Source: Candidatus Latescibacterota bacterium (GTDB taxonomy: Bacteria; Latescibacterota; UBA2968; UBA8231). Taken from it: a stretch of 64,000 bases of DNA. The position numbers and the translations under genes were made by a program. The notes beneath the pieces were generated by a model that saw only the letters and a list, made by a program, of their open reading frames with translations, did no database searches and was not told the origin of the DNA. Each line of letters opens with the position of its first letter. The stretch's first letter is position 1. The stretch lies in contig OZ220089.1 of the NCBI GenBank assembly GCA_964291625.2, positions 2,784,001 to 2,848,000 on the forward strand, in the 5' to 3' direction. This document shows, one piece after another, positions 17,770-27,571 of this stretch.

Positions 17770-18421
17770 CACGGACGACCCATCCCGACCTGGAGAGCTA
17801 CCGCCTCGACCTGTTCGTCGACGAGGACGAGGTCCTGCGCAGCGTCATGCCCGAGGCCACGGCGGCCGGGGTCCCCGGGATCTCGGTGAGCGCCGACGCC
17901 GGCAAGGTGCTGCACCTGCTGGCCCGCGCCGTCAACGCCCGGCGCATCCTCGAGTTCGGGGCCCTGGCCGGGTACTCGGGCATCTGGCTGGCCCGGGCCC
18001 TGCCCCCGGCGGCCGCCTGATCAGCCTCGAGGTGGAGGAGAAGCACGCCGGCCTGACCCGGCGCAACTTCGAGCGCGCCGGCGTCGCCGACCGCGCCGAG
18101 GTCCGTCTCGGGCCGGCCCTGGAGACGATGGCCTCAGTCGAGCCGGAAGGGCCCTTCGACCTCGCCTTCATCGACGCCGACAAGGAGAACTACCCCGGCT
18201 ACCTGGACTTCTCTCTCCGGCACGTGCGCGACGGCGGGCTCATCATCGCCGACAACGCCAACGGCCACGGCCACGCCCACGAGGTGCTGGATCCGGATGA
18301 CGGCCGCCGCGGCATCCAGACCTACAACCGCCGGGTCGCCGAGGACCCGCGGCTGGTGTCGCACATCCTCCCCGTGGGGGGGTGGCTGGCGGTATCGGTG
18401 GTCGGCCGGCGGGAGGGCTGA
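17766..18421 (+). pseudogene. O-methyltransferase (caffeoyl-CoA OMT-like), frameshifted
   Basis: N-part ...ILEFGALAGYSGIWLARALP; C-part GGRLISLE...FDLAFIDADKENY...IIADN in another frame; one extra C in the C5 run at 18003-18007 restores a ~218-aa ORF. Confidence 0.8.
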
Positions 18422-18438
18422 AGGCCGGCGCGGGTCCC

Positions 18439-19335
18439 TCAGTAAAGGATGCGGTAGAGGCGCTGGGGGTAGTCGGCCACGGCGGGGTGCTGGCGCCCCA
18501 GCAGGTGGAAGACGGAGACCATGGCGTCCTTGGCGGCCCCGTCCTTGAAGTTGCGGTCCTTCTCGACCACGGCGAACCACTCCCGCAGGGCCGTGTCGTA
18601 GTCGTTGGCGGCGGCGGCGCAGCAGCCCACGAGGTAGCGGGCCTCCATGTCGTCCGGGTCGGCGAGCAGGCGCTCGGCGCAGGCCCGGGGGCCGCCGGCG
18701 CCCTCGCAGGCAGCGCTCAGCTCCAGATGGTGCAGCAGCGCCCGGCCCTGCTCCCACTCGGGGGTCCCCTGCTCGATGCGGTCCACGAGACCGCGGACGG
18801 CCTCTTCGCCGGCGTCCTGCATGAGGCGCACGCGGGCCATTCCCAGCAGCCCGGGGCCGCTGCTCTCGTCCTCGCGCAGGACCTCGGAGAACAGGTGCTC
18901 GGCGGAGGCCACGTCGCCCAGCTCGAGCTGCTGGCGGGCGGCGTCGGCCAGGTCCCCCATCTCTTCGGTCGGCGTCGGCGGCGCGTCGGGCACGTGGCGC
19001 CGCAGGATCTCCTCCACCTGCTCGCGGGGCAGGGCGCCGGTGAACTCGTCGGCCAGCTGCCCGTTCTTGACGATCTTGACCGCCGGGATGCTCTGCACCC
19101 GGAAGGCCATGGCCAGGTCCTGGTTGGCGTCGATGTCGACCTTGGCCAGCACCACGTTCGGTCCCATTGCGGTGACCGCGTCCTCCAGGATCGGTCCCAG
19201 GGTCTTGCAGGGCCCGCACCACTCGGCCCAGAAGTCGACGACCACGACCTTGTCCCGCGATCCCTGAAGGACCACCTGCTCGAAGTTGGTGGCGTCGACC
19301 TCGACGACGCTGGCCGCTGAGGGCTGGATCTCCAT
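18439..19335 (-). CDS. ybbN: Thioredoxin-TPR chaperedoxin (YbbN/CnoX family)
   Basis: VDFWAEWCGPC thioredoxin domain then TPR-like helices; C-terminal ...RLYRILY. Confidence 0.85.
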   Translation of the reverse strand: MEIQPSAASVVEVDATNFEQVVLQGSRDKVVVVDFWAEWCGPCKTLGPILEDAVTAMGPNVVLAKVDIDANQDLAMAFRVQSIPAVKIVKNGQLADEFTGALPREQVEEILRRHVPDAPPTPTEEMGDLADAARQQLELGDVASAEHLFSEVLREDESSGPGLLGMARVRLMQDAGEEAVRGLVDRIEQGTPEWEQGRALLHHLELSAACEGAGGPRACAERLLADPDDMEARYLVGCCAAAANDYDTALREWFAVVEKDRNFKDGAAKDAMVSVFHLLGRQHPAVADYPQRLYRILY

Positions 19336-19352
19336 GCTGAGGCTCCTTCGGT

Positions 19353-20402
19353 CTACTGGGCCCGGCCGCGCCCCGCCACGGGCCACTCGTCGACCACCTG
19401 CCCGTCCTTCAGGACGAAGAGCCGGTCGTGGAGGTTGGTGGTCATGCCGCCGTGCAGGGGGATCCAGGAGAGGATCTGGCCGACGGAGAATGTATGCCCG
19501 GAGGGGGTGGTGTCCACGTGGCCGTGCTCCACGGACATCCCCTTGAGGTGGACCTCCGGATGCTCCAGGCAGTAGCCGTAGGGCACCGGGGGATAGCTGG
19601 TGAAGGCTTTCATCCCGGCGTCGACGATCGCCTGGCCGGGGACCGAGGTGGAGACGACGGTGGTCACCAGGCGCAGGGGGCAGCGCACCGGGTCGAGGTC
19701 CTCCCGGCGGCCGACGCGGGTCATGCCCTCCCAGGCGTAGGAGCCGATGCGGGTCTCGGTGCAGCCGATCGCCTTGGAGACCTCCTCGCTGCCGGTGCCG
19801 CCGCCGCTGATCATGTGCAGGGGCAAACCGGCGCCGTCGATCAGCCCGCGGACCTCGTCGAGGAAGGGGCGCGCCCCCTCGCGGCTGGGGTAGGTCATGA
19901 CGCCGAGGAACTCGGTCCCCGGCAGGCTGTCGATCCGCCGGGCCAGCTCCAGCGTCTCCCGCGGCGACTGCACCCCCACGCGGCCGCCGCCGGTGTCCAT
20001 CTCGACGATCACCCTCACCACGCAGCCGGCCGCGGCGGCGGCGGCCGAGATGCCCTCCACGGTCGCCGCCGAGTCGGCGGCCACGGTGAGCGTGGTGCGG
20101 CCCGACTTCACCAGCTCCGTAAGCCGCCGCATCTTGGGGGCGCCGACGATGTTGTAGGGGATCAGGATGTCCTCGATGCCTCCCTCGGCCATCGCCTCCG
20201 CCTCGCCCAGCTTCTGGGCGACGATGCCGACGGCGCCGGCGTCGATCTGCCTGCGGGCCACGGCCGGGGTCTTGTGGGTCTTGGTGTGCACCCGCAGATC
20301 GATCTCCAGGGCGTCGCAGGCGGCCTGGAGCTGGGCGATGTTGCGGTCGAGGACGTCGAGGTCGACGCACAGGGCGGGGGTGTCCAGCTCGGTGTAGTGC
20401 AC
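19353..20402 (-). CDS. PLP-dependent fold III enzyme (D-threonine aldolase/DSD1-like)
   Basis: LDTPALCVDL, RVHTKTHK, EMDTGGGRVG, SGGGT, DAGMK, SVEHG. Confidence 0.85.
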   Translation of the reverse strand: MHYTELDTPALCVDLDVLDRNIAQLQAACDALEIDLRVHTKTHKTPAVARRQIDAGAVGIVAQKLGEAEAMAEGGIEDILIPYNIVGAPKMRRLTELVKSGRTTLTVAADSAATVEGISAAAAAAGCVVRVIVEMDTGGGRVGVQSPRETLELARRIDSLPGTEFLGVMTYPSREGARPFLDEVRGLIDGAGLPLHMISGGGTGSEEVSKAIGCTETRIGSYAWEGMTRVGRREDLDPVRCPLRLVTTVVSTSVPGQAIVDAGMKAFTSYPPVPYGYCLEHPEVHLKGMSVEHGHVDTTPSGHTFSVGQILSWIPLHGGMTTNLHDRLFVLKDGQVVDEWPVAGRGRAQ

Positions 20403-20404
20403 GG

Positions 20405-21490
20405 TCAGCTCCTCAGCTCCTTGAAGAACTCGAGATAGCGGGAGGAGGTCGTCTCCCAGTCGTACTCGCGGCGGCAGTAGCGGCTGGCCTCCTCGCCGGC
20501 GGAGCGGCGCTCCTCGGGGGTCAGATCGTAGAAGGCGTGGACGGCCTGGGCAAAGGCCCGGTAGTCCCCGGACGGCGCCAGCCACCCCCCCTCGCGCACG
20601 GCCTCGACGAGGGCGTCCACGGCGAAGGCGACCACCGGCGTGCCCAGGTACATCGCCTCCAGCGGCGCGATGCCGAAGCCCTCCACGTCGCCCTCGGTGG
20701 GCACGTTGGGCATCAGGAACAGGTCGCAGTGGCGCCGCAGCATGGAGCAGGTGTCGTCGTCGAGGACGCCGAGGAGCAGCACGCGCCCGGGGTCGTCGAG
20801 GCCCTCCCTGGCGGCGCGCACCGCTTCGGCGTCCGGTCCCTCGCCGACGACGAGGAGGCGCACGTCCGCGGCCAGCAGCGGCATCCCGCGCTCGACGAAC
20901 CGGGCCAGGCCCTTGCGCGGCACCATGCGCCCCACGTTCAGCAGCAGCCGGTCCCGCCCGAAGACGACGCCGTGCTCCGCCTCGAAGGCGCGGCGCAGCT
21001 CCTCGTCGCGCTCCGGGGGGAGCTCGACCGGCTCGGCGCCCAGGTAGATGAGGCGCATGCGCTCCCGGGGCACACCCCAGGCCTCGGCGGCGAGGCGCAT
21101 GGAGTTCTCGCTGTACACGGCGATGCCGTGGCAGCGAAGGGTCCCGGCCCGCATCAGGGCCCGGGCCCGGCGGTCGCGGTAGGTCATCTCCAGGCCGTTA
21201 AGGGTGCAGCAGAGCACGGCCCGGCCGCGCAGCGGCGCCAGGGTCCAGGCGAGAGAGGCCGCCACGCCGTCGCCGAAGTAGACCAGGTCGGCACGGCTCG
21301 CCAGCAGGGCCAGGGCCGCCCTGAGCCACGCCCACGGCAGGAACCACGCCAGATGCAGGACCGAGTCGCGGCCCAGGGTCACCCGGGTCACCGGCAGGCG
21401 CTGGTTCAGGTAGGTGAAGAGCTTGAGGGCGTGCGTCTGGAGGCCGCCGCGGGAGGGCGGATAGCGGCGGGAGATGAAGAGGATTCGCAT
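20405..21490 (-). CDS. Glycosyltransferase family 4
   Basis: MRILFISRRYPP..GG, VGRMVPRKG, DVEGFGIAPLEAM. Confidence 0.9.
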   Translation of the reverse strand: MRILFISRRYPPSRGGLQTHALKLFTYLNQRLPVTRVTLGRDSVLHLAWFLPWAWLRAALALLASRADLVYFGDGVAASLAWTLAPLRGRAVLCCTLNGLEMTYRDRRARALMRAGTLRCHGIAVYSENSMRLAAEAWGVPRERMRLIYLGAEPVELPPERDEELRRAFEAEHGVVFGRDRLLLNVGRMVPRKGLARFVERGMPLLAADVRLLVVGEGPDAEAVRAAREGLDDPGRVLLLGVLDDDTCSMLRRHCDLFLMPNVPTEGDVEGFGIAPLEAMYLGTPVVAFAVDALVEAVREGGWLAPSGDYRAFAQAVHAFYDLTPEERRSAGEEASRYCRREYDWETTSSRYLEFFKELRS

Positions 21491-21503
21491 GGCCGGGAGC
21501 GCT

Positions 21504-21514
21504 TGCTATAACAT
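21504..21514 (+). promoter_or_regulatory. AT-rich -10 element in divergent intergenic region
   Basis: TGCTATAACAT in a 33-bp gap between divergent starts. Confidence 0.45.
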
Positions 21515-21523
21515 AGAGACTCC

Positions 21524-22168
21524 ATGGAGGCCAGGGCATTCGCGGCGGAGCTGGCGGGGACCTTCACCCTCGTCTTCATCGGTGCCGGCGCCGTCGCCGT
21601 GGGCGTCGGGGGTCTCCTGGGCGCCGCCTTCGCCCACGGGCTCGTCGTCCTCGCCTTCAGCTTCGCCTGGGGCCGCCGGGCCCCCCACATCAACCCCGCC
21701 GTCAGCTTCGGGCTCTTCGCCGCCGGGGCGGTGAGGGCGGTCCATCTGCCCGCCTACTGGCTCGCCCAGGGGGCGGGCGGCATCGTCGCCGCCTTCGCCC
21801 TCAAGCTGACCGTGGGCGGCTTCACCGACTCCCTGGGCGCCACCGTCCCGGCCCCGGGAGTCAGCCATGCCCAGACCCTCGTCCTGGAGGCGATCCTGAC
21901 CTTCATGCTCGTCACCTCCGTCCTCGTCACCGCCGTGAGCGGCCGCGGGGGCGACCTCGGGCTTGCCGCCATCGGCCTCACCCTGATCTTCTGCATCCTC
22001 ATGGGCGGGCCCCTCACCGGCGCCTCCCTGAACCCGGCCCGCACCCTGGGGCCGGGTCTGTTCACCGGCACCCTGGGCGTGTTCTGGATCTACCTCGCCG
22101 GGACGTTCCTCGGGGCCGCCCTCGCCGGAAGCCTCTACCGCGGTCTGCCGAAGGGAGAGCACACTTGA
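21524..22168 (+). CDS. Aquaporin (MIP family)
   Basis: AELAGTF, HINPAVS, SLNPARTLGP. Confidence 0.92.
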   Translation: MEARAFAAELAGTFTLVFIGAGAVAVGVGGLLGAAFAHGLVVLAFSFAWGRRAPHINPAVSFGLFAAGAVRAVHLPAYWLAQGAGGIVAAFALKLTVGGFTDSLGATVPAPGVSHAQTLVLEAILTFMLVTSVLVTAVSGRGGDLGLAAIGLTLIFCILMGGPLTGASLNPARTLGPGLFTGTLGVFWIYLAGTFLGAALAGSLYRGLPKGEHT

Positions 22169-23631
22169 GAATCGCCGTCGCCGGCTTCGCCCACGAGTCG
22201 AACACCTTCTCCGTCCAGCCCACCCGTCTCGAGGACTTCGGCATCCTGACGGGCGGGCAGGTCCTGGCCCGGCACGCCGACACCTACCACGAGATCGCCG
22301 GCTACCTGGCCGCCGCCGTCGATCTGGACATGGAGCTCTGCCCCATCCTCTCGGCCTCGGCCACGCCCGCCGGGCCGGTCGCCCGCGACGCCTTCGAGGA
22401 GATCTGCGGCCGCATCCTGGCCGGCCTCGCGGACCTGGGCCGCGTCGACGGCGTCCTCCTCGCCCTCCACGGCGCCATGGTGGCCGAGGAGCATCCCCAC
22501 GGCGACGCCGAGATCGTGCGCCGCGTGCGGGAGCAAGCGGGCCCCGAGATGCCCATCGTCGTCACCCACGACTACCACGCCAACGTGCCGCCCTCCCTGG
22601 TGGAGGCGGCCGACGCCCTCGTGATCTACAAGACCAACCCCCACGTCGACCAGCGCGAGCGCGGCTGCGAGGCGGCGTCGATCCTGGCGCGCACCGTGGG
22701 CGGCGAGGTGAAGCCCACCATGGCCCTGGCCCGGCCCCGGCTGGTGCTGAACATCTGCTTTCACAACACCAGCCTGCCGCCGGTGCAGCCGCTCATGGCC
22801 CGCGCCGTGGAGCTGGAGCAGCGGCAGGGGATCCTCTCCTGCTCGGTCGCCGGCGGCTACCAGTATGCCGACGTGGAGTTCATGGGTCCCTCGGTGGTCG
22901 TCGTCGCCGACGGCGACCCGGAGCTGGCCCGCGCCGAGGCCGAGACCCTGTCCGCGGCCATGTGGGAGGCCCGCGGTCAGATGATCCCGGATCTGCCCGG
23001 GCCCGCCGAGGCGGTGCGCCAGGCCGCGGCCAGCCCGGAGCACCCGGTGACCCTCCTCGACGTGGGCGACAACATCGGCGGCGGCTCCACCGGCGACTCG
23101 ACCCTGATCCTGGAGCAGCTGCTGGCCCAGGGCGCCGACGGCTGGGTGGTGACCCTGTGGGACCCGGAATCGGCGCGGGCCTGCGCCGCCGCCGGCATCG
23201 GCGCCGAGGTGGAGCTCGACGCGGGCGGCAAGACCGACGACATGCACGGCGAGCCCCAGCGCGTGAAGGGCACGGTGCGCACCCTCTCGGACGGCCGCTA
23301 CGAGGAGCGCGAGCGCCGCCACGGCGGCGGCCGCCGCCACAACCAGGGGCTCACCGCGGTGGTGCGCGTGCCCTGCGGCGCGGGGGAGGGGCTGCTCGTC
23401 CTCGACAGCCGCCGCCAGCCTCCCATGAGCATTCACCAGATCACCAGCGCCGGCATCGCGCCGGAGCAGCAGAAGATCCTGGTCGCCAAGGGCGCCGTCG
23501 CCCCCCGCGCCGCGTACGAGCCGGTCTCGCGGAGGCTGATCGAGGTCGACTCGGGCGGCGCCTGCTGGATCGGCCGCGGCCCCGGGGACTACCGGCGCGC
23601 CGACCGCGGCAAGTACGAGTGGAACCAGTAA
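22165..23631 (+). CDS. M81 family metallopeptidase (MlrC-like)
   Basis: HESNTF, LHGAM, DYHAN, PHVD, DNIGGGSTGD; TTGA coupling to aquaporin. Confidence 0.88.
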   Translation: MRIAVAGFAHESNTFSVQPTRLEDFGILTGGQVLARHADTYHEIAGYLAAAVDLDMELCPILSASATPAGPVARDAFEEICGRILAGLADLGRVDGVLLALHGAMVAEEHPHGDAEIVRRVREQAGPEMPIVVTHDYHANVPPSLVEAADALVIYKTNPHVDQRERGCEAASILARTVGGEVKPTMALARPRLVLNICFHNTSLPPVQPLMARAVELEQRQGILSCSVAGGYQYADVEFMGPSVVVVADGDPELARAEAETLSAAMWEARGQMIPDLPGPAEAVRQAAASPEHPVTLLDVGDNIGGGSTGDSTLILEQLLAQGADGWVVTLWDPESARACAAAGIGAEVELDAGGKTDDMHGEPQRVKGTVRTLSDGRYEERERRHGGGRRHNQGLTAVVRVPCGAGEGLLVLDSRRQPPMSIHQITSAGIAPEQQKILVAKGAVAPRAAYEPVSRRLIEVDSGGACWIGRGPGDYRRADRGKYEWNQ

Positions 23632-23660
23632 CCGAGACTACCAGAAACAGGAGGAAGGAC

Positions 23661-24680
23661 ATGAGCTTGCGAATCGGCATCGTCGGCGCCGGGGCCAACA
23701 CCCGGGAGCGGCACATCCCCGGGTTCCAGGAGATCGACGGCGTGGAGGTGGTGGCCGTCTGCAACCGCTCCCGCGAGTCGGGGCAGCGGGCGGCCGACGA
23801 CTTCGGCATCCCCACCGTGTACGACGACTGGAAGGAGCTGGTCCACGCCGACGAGGTGGACGCCGTCTGCATCGGCACCTGGCCCTACCTGCACTGCGAC
23901 ATCACCCTCGAGGGCCTGGCCGCCGGCAAGCATGTCCTCACCGAGGCGCGCATGGCCATGGACCTCGCCGAGGCGCGGCGCATGCTGGACGCGGCCCGGG
24001 CCTCCGACAAGGTCACCATGATCGTGCCGGCCCCCATCAACCTGGAGACCGAGCCGACCCTGCTCGCCATGGTGGCCGACGGCGCCTTCGGCGACTGGCT
24101 GGAGATCCACGTCAGCGCCCTGACCGGCGGCTGGGACCCCGGCGCCCCCCTGCACTGGCGCCAGCGGCGCGACCTGTCGGGCAACAACATCATGGCCATG
24201 GGCATCCTCAACGAGACGGTGCGGCGCTACGTCGGCCACGACCGCGCCCTCATGGCCCACGCCCACATCTTCACCGGCGAGCGCACCGACGCCGAGAGCG
24301 GCGCGGCGAGGGCCGTGGACGTGCCCGAGAGCCTCGGCATCCTCTCCGAGCTGGAGAGCGGCGCCACCGCCGTCTACCACGTGAGCAGCGTCGCCGCCCA
24401 CGGCTCCATCTCCTTCGAGATGCACGGCACCAAGGGGTCCCTCCGGCTCGAGGGCGACAAGGCCCTCGTGGCCCTGGACGACGACGGCTGGCGCGAGCTG
24501 GTGGTGGAGCCCGAGAAGCAGTGGGGCTGGACCGTGGAGGCCGACTTCGTCGACGCCATCCGCGACGGCCGGCCGGTGACCCACACCAACTTCGAGGACG
24601 GCGTGAAGTACATGGCCTTCACCGAGGCCGTGCAGGTGAGCCTGCGCGAGGGCCGGAAGGTGGAGCTGGGGGAGCTGTAG
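23661..24680 (+). CDS. Gfo/Idh/MocA family oxidoreductase
   Basis: IGIVGAG, AGKHVLTEARMA; AGGAGGAAGG RBS. Confidence 0.88.
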   Translation: MSLRIGIVGAGANTRERHIPGFQEIDGVEVVAVCNRSRESGQRAADDFGIPTVYDDWKELVHADEVDAVCIGTWPYLHCDITLEGLAAGKHVLTEARMAMDLAEARRMLDAARASDKVTMIVPAPINLETEPTLLAMVADGAFGDWLEIHVSALTGGWDPGAPLHWRQRRDLSGNNIMAMGILNETVRRYVGHDRALMAHAHIFTGERTDAESGAARAVDVPESLGILSELESGATAVYHVSSVAAHGSISFEMHGTKGSLRLEGDKALVALDDDGWRELVVEPEKQWGWTVEADFVDAIRDGRPVTHTNFEDGVKYMAFTEAVQVSLREGRKVELGEL

Positions 24681-24699
24681 GCGAAGTAGACCGACGCTC

Positions 24700-25170
24700 T
24701 CAGTCCGGGAGGCGAGAAAGCAGTTCGTCCCGCAGGACTACCCTCAGCACGGACAGGATGCTCTCTCGTTCCCGGCCCAGCTCGTACGCGCAGCGGGCCA
24801 CCTCGGTCTTCCACTCCTCGCTCAGACGAGTCTGGACATAGGTCTCGCAGAACTCGTCCACCTGAAACGCCTGTTTGCCCCGGACTTCGGGAACGAGATT
24901 CGACGCGGTTTCCGTGGCCCAGGATCGCGCATCGAGACGCCGGGAGATCTCTTCTCCGAACTCGGTCAGCCGGAGCGGGCTGCCCTGCTCGACAGCCGGA
25001 GGTGGCAGGCGGCCCAGGATCTTCTTGATATCTTCGCGGATCTCTCGAATGGTATCCTTGATGGCGCTGACGGAGTCATCGGTGCGTCCCTTCCATTCCG
25101 CCAGCTTCCAAATGGCCCCAATCACCGCAATGCCGCCGACTACATAGATCAGTGGGTTGGTCCAGTCCAT
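24700..25170 (-). CDS. Hypothetical protein (N-terminal TM helix, coiled coil, SPLRLT motif) with atypical codon usage
   Basis: GAGGAG RBS; MDWTNPLIYVVGGIAVIGAIWK; many A/T-ending codons relative to neighbours. Confidence 0.7.
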   Translation of the reverse strand: MDWTNPLIYVVGGIAVIGAIWKLAEWKGRTDDSVSAIKDTIREIREDIKKILGRLPPPAVEQGSPLRLTEFGEEISRRLDARSWATETASNLVPEVRGKQAFQVDEFCETYVQTRLSEEWKTEVARCAYELGRERESILSVLRVVLRDELLSRLPD

Positions 25171-25250
25171 CGGCTCTCCTCGCGCCCCTTGTGAAGGTAG
25201 TGGCGCCGAATCCGGCGTGCAGGGACACAAGCAAGAAGGAGGCCAGGTGC

Positions 25251-26501
25251 CTATGGGACACTACGGCCCCGGACGCCGTTGCAGAGCACGTCGAAGAGGT
25301 CGTAGTTGCGCAGCTCGCCGCGCTCCAGGGCCGCGGCCGTCTCCTCCCGCAAAGGCCGGTTGACGACGAAGGGCACCGCCGCCTCGTGGAGGCCGCCGTG
25401 GGAGCGCAGCCCCTCCGAGACGTGGGACAGGTCGTGCCACTCCGGGGTGCGCCCGAGGACGGTGCCGCGGTCGGCCAGGACCACCAGGTCGCCGATGCGG
25501 TCGGGCGGCAGCTCGTAGAGCCCGGCGGCCTGCTCCCGGGTGTGGACGGCCTCGACCCCGGGCACCCCTGCCAGCACCCGGACCGCCCGCTCCAGGCTTC
25601 CAGGCTCCACGTAGACGGTGGCGTACGAGCCCAGGGCCCCGTGGTGGACCACGTAGGGATCGGTGATCGGCAGGATCACCCGCGCCCCGGTCACGCCTGC
25701 CTCTCCCAACAGGCTCTCGAGGTACTCCACCTTCGGCGCGCCGTCCGGCCGGGTCTTGGCGTTCATGCCGTGATCGGCGGTGACGGCGACCACGGCACCG
25801 GCGCGGTGCAGGCGGCCGAGGACGGCGTCCAGCCGCGCGTGAAAGGCGATCGCCTCCGGGTCCTCCGGCGCGAAGCGGTGCTGCACGTAATCGGTGGTCG
25901 ACAGGTAGGTCACGAGGGGGCCGCCGCGCTCCAGGAGGCAGGCGCCGGCCTCCAGGCAGTACACGCTCGCCTCGGGGTCGTAGATCCCGGGGGCGGGACC
26001 CCCGACGAGGCCGGCCGCGTCCTCCAGGCCGTTGCTCTCCAGGGTCGCCTCGCCGGCCTTCTCCACCGAGAGGCGGACGCAGTGGGCGGGCAGCCCCCGC
26101 GACAGGAAGGCGAGGAGCTTGTCCTTGGCCGTCACCACCGCCACCTCGGCGCCGGCCCCCGCGAAGGCGGACAGCACGGTGGGGCACCGCAGCCAGCGGG
26201 GGTCGTTCATCATGACCTCCTCGCCGGACTCGCGGTCGTAGTAGTAGTTGCCCGGGATCCCGTGCACCGCCGGGGGGGCCCCGGTGGCGATGGAGGCGTT
26301 GTTCGGGTTCGTGAAGGAGGGGACCGCCGTGCGCGCCGTCCCGCGTGCGCCGTCGGCGGCCAGGCGCGCCAGCTCCGGCATGACGCCGGCCGCCGCCTCC
26401 AGGTAGGCGGGGTCGCAGCCGTCGATGCAGACGCCCACCACCGGCTGGCGGGGCACCGCGTAGCAGCGGCCGTTGACGGTGACCCGGTCGGCGCCGGTCA
26501 C
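25251..26501 (-). CDS. phnA: Phosphonoacetate hydrolase
   Basis: CIDG, PSFTNPNN (Thr nucleophile), YLSTTDYVQH, TADHGMN, ITDPYVVHHGALGS, RSHGG; GTGA coupling. Confidence 0.92.
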   Translation of the reverse strand: MTGADRVTVNGRCYAVPRQPVVGVCIDGCDPAYLEAAAGVMPELARLAADGARGTARTAVPSFTNPNNASIATGAPPAVHGIPGNYYYDRESGEEVMMNDPRWLRCPTVLSAFAGAGAEVAVVTAKDKLLAFLSRGLPAHCVRLSVEKAGEATLESNGLEDAAGLVGGPAPGIYDPEASVYCLEAGACLLERGGPLVTYLSTTDYVQHRFAPEDPEAIAFHARLDAVLGRLHRAGAVVAVTADHGMNAKTRPDGAPKVEYLESLLGEAGVTGARVILPITDPYVVHHGALGSYATVYVEPGSLERAVRVLAGVPGVEAVHTREQAAGLYELPPDRIGDLVVLADRGTVLGRTPEWHDLSHVSEGLRSHGGLHEAAVPFVVNRPLREETAAALERGELRNYDLFDVLCNGVRGRSVP

Positions 26502-27571
26502 ACCTCCAGCCCCGGGGCGACGGCGACCCGCAGCCAGCGGCGCTGCCGGCTCAGGGCCAGGCCCTCCTCCAGGTCGCGCAGCGGCAGGGTCGGCCCCAGG
26601 AGGTCTTCGAAGGGGTAGCGGCCGGCCGTGCGCCCGAGGAACTCGATCCCCTGCTGCAGGTGCCGGGGCGAGTAGTTGTGCACCCCGCGGATGGTCAGGC
26701 ACTTGAAGACGATCCGCTCCCCGGTGATTCCCGCCAGGTCCGAGTCCGGGTGGACCATGCCGGCCAGCACGTAGGTTCCGCCCGTGCGCACGAGGTCCAT
26801 GCCGGCGGCCACGGCGGGGGTCTCGCCCGACATCTCCAGGACCGCGTCGACGCCGTCCGGTGCCACCTCCAGCACCCGTTCGCGCCTCTCCCCCGGGTCC
26901 AGGGCCGGGTCCAGCCCGATGGCGCCGAAGCGCCCGGCCAGGTCCCGCCGTTCCGGCAGGGGATCGCTGCACAGCACGCGCACGCCGCGCTCGCGCAGCA
27001 GGGCGCAGGCGTAGATCCCGAGGAGGCCGGCCCCCTGCACGAGGGCCGCCGCCGCCCCTTCCGGCACCTGCTCCACGCAGTTGACGGCGGTGGCCAGGGC
27101 GCAGTTGGCCGTCGACGCCACCCCGTCGGGGATCCCCTCCGGCACCGGCACCGCCGCCGTCCCGGGCCGCAGCAGCAGGTGCGTGGCGTAGGCGCCGTTG
27201 AGGCCGCTGCCGTCGTCGAGGTCGGCGTGGCCGTACTTGAACAGGTGCAGGCACTTCTCCGGCAGATGGTGGCCGCGGCAGAACCGGCACTCGCCGCAAC
27301 TGTCGGCGATGGACCAGCTCACGCGCTCGCCCACCTCCAGGCCGTCGCGCTCGCTGACCGCCACCCGGCCCACCCCCTCGTGGCCGAGCACCGCCGGCGT
27401 CGGCTGCCGCCGGCGGCCCCCGGTGGTGTGCAGGTCGGAGCCGCAGATCGTCGCCAGATCGACGGCCAGCAGGGCTTCCCCCTCCTCCAGGCTCGAGGGC
27501 AGGGGGATGCGCTCGTAGCGCAGGGGCCGTCCCGGCTCGTCGAAGACCTGGGCGAAGGCGTGGCCGGTCAC
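26498..27571 (-). CDS. Zinc-binding alcohol dehydrogenase, phosphonate-catabolism-associated (HpnZ-like)
   Basis: ATICGSDLHT, LGHEGVG, CxxCxxC...C Zn site, KYGH, NCALAT, RGVHNY; directly upstream of phnA. Confidence 0.8.
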   Translation of the reverse strand: MTGHAFAQVFDEPGRPLRYERIPLPSSLEEGEALLAVDLATICGSDLHTTGGRRRQPTPAVLGHEGVGRVAVSERDGLEVGERVSWSIADSCGECRFCRGHHLPEKCLHLFKYGHADLDDGSGLNGAYATHLLLRPGTAAVPVPEGIPDGVASTANCALATAVNCVEQVPEGAAAALVQGAGLLGIYACALLRERGVRVLCSDPLPERRDLAGRFGAIGLDPALDPGERRERVLEVAPDGVDAVLEMSGETPAVAAGMDLVRTGGTYVLAGMVHPDSDLAGITGERIVFKCLTIRGVHNYSPRHLQQGIEFLGRTAGRYPFEDLLGPTLPLRDLEEGLALSRQRRWLRVAVAPGLEV

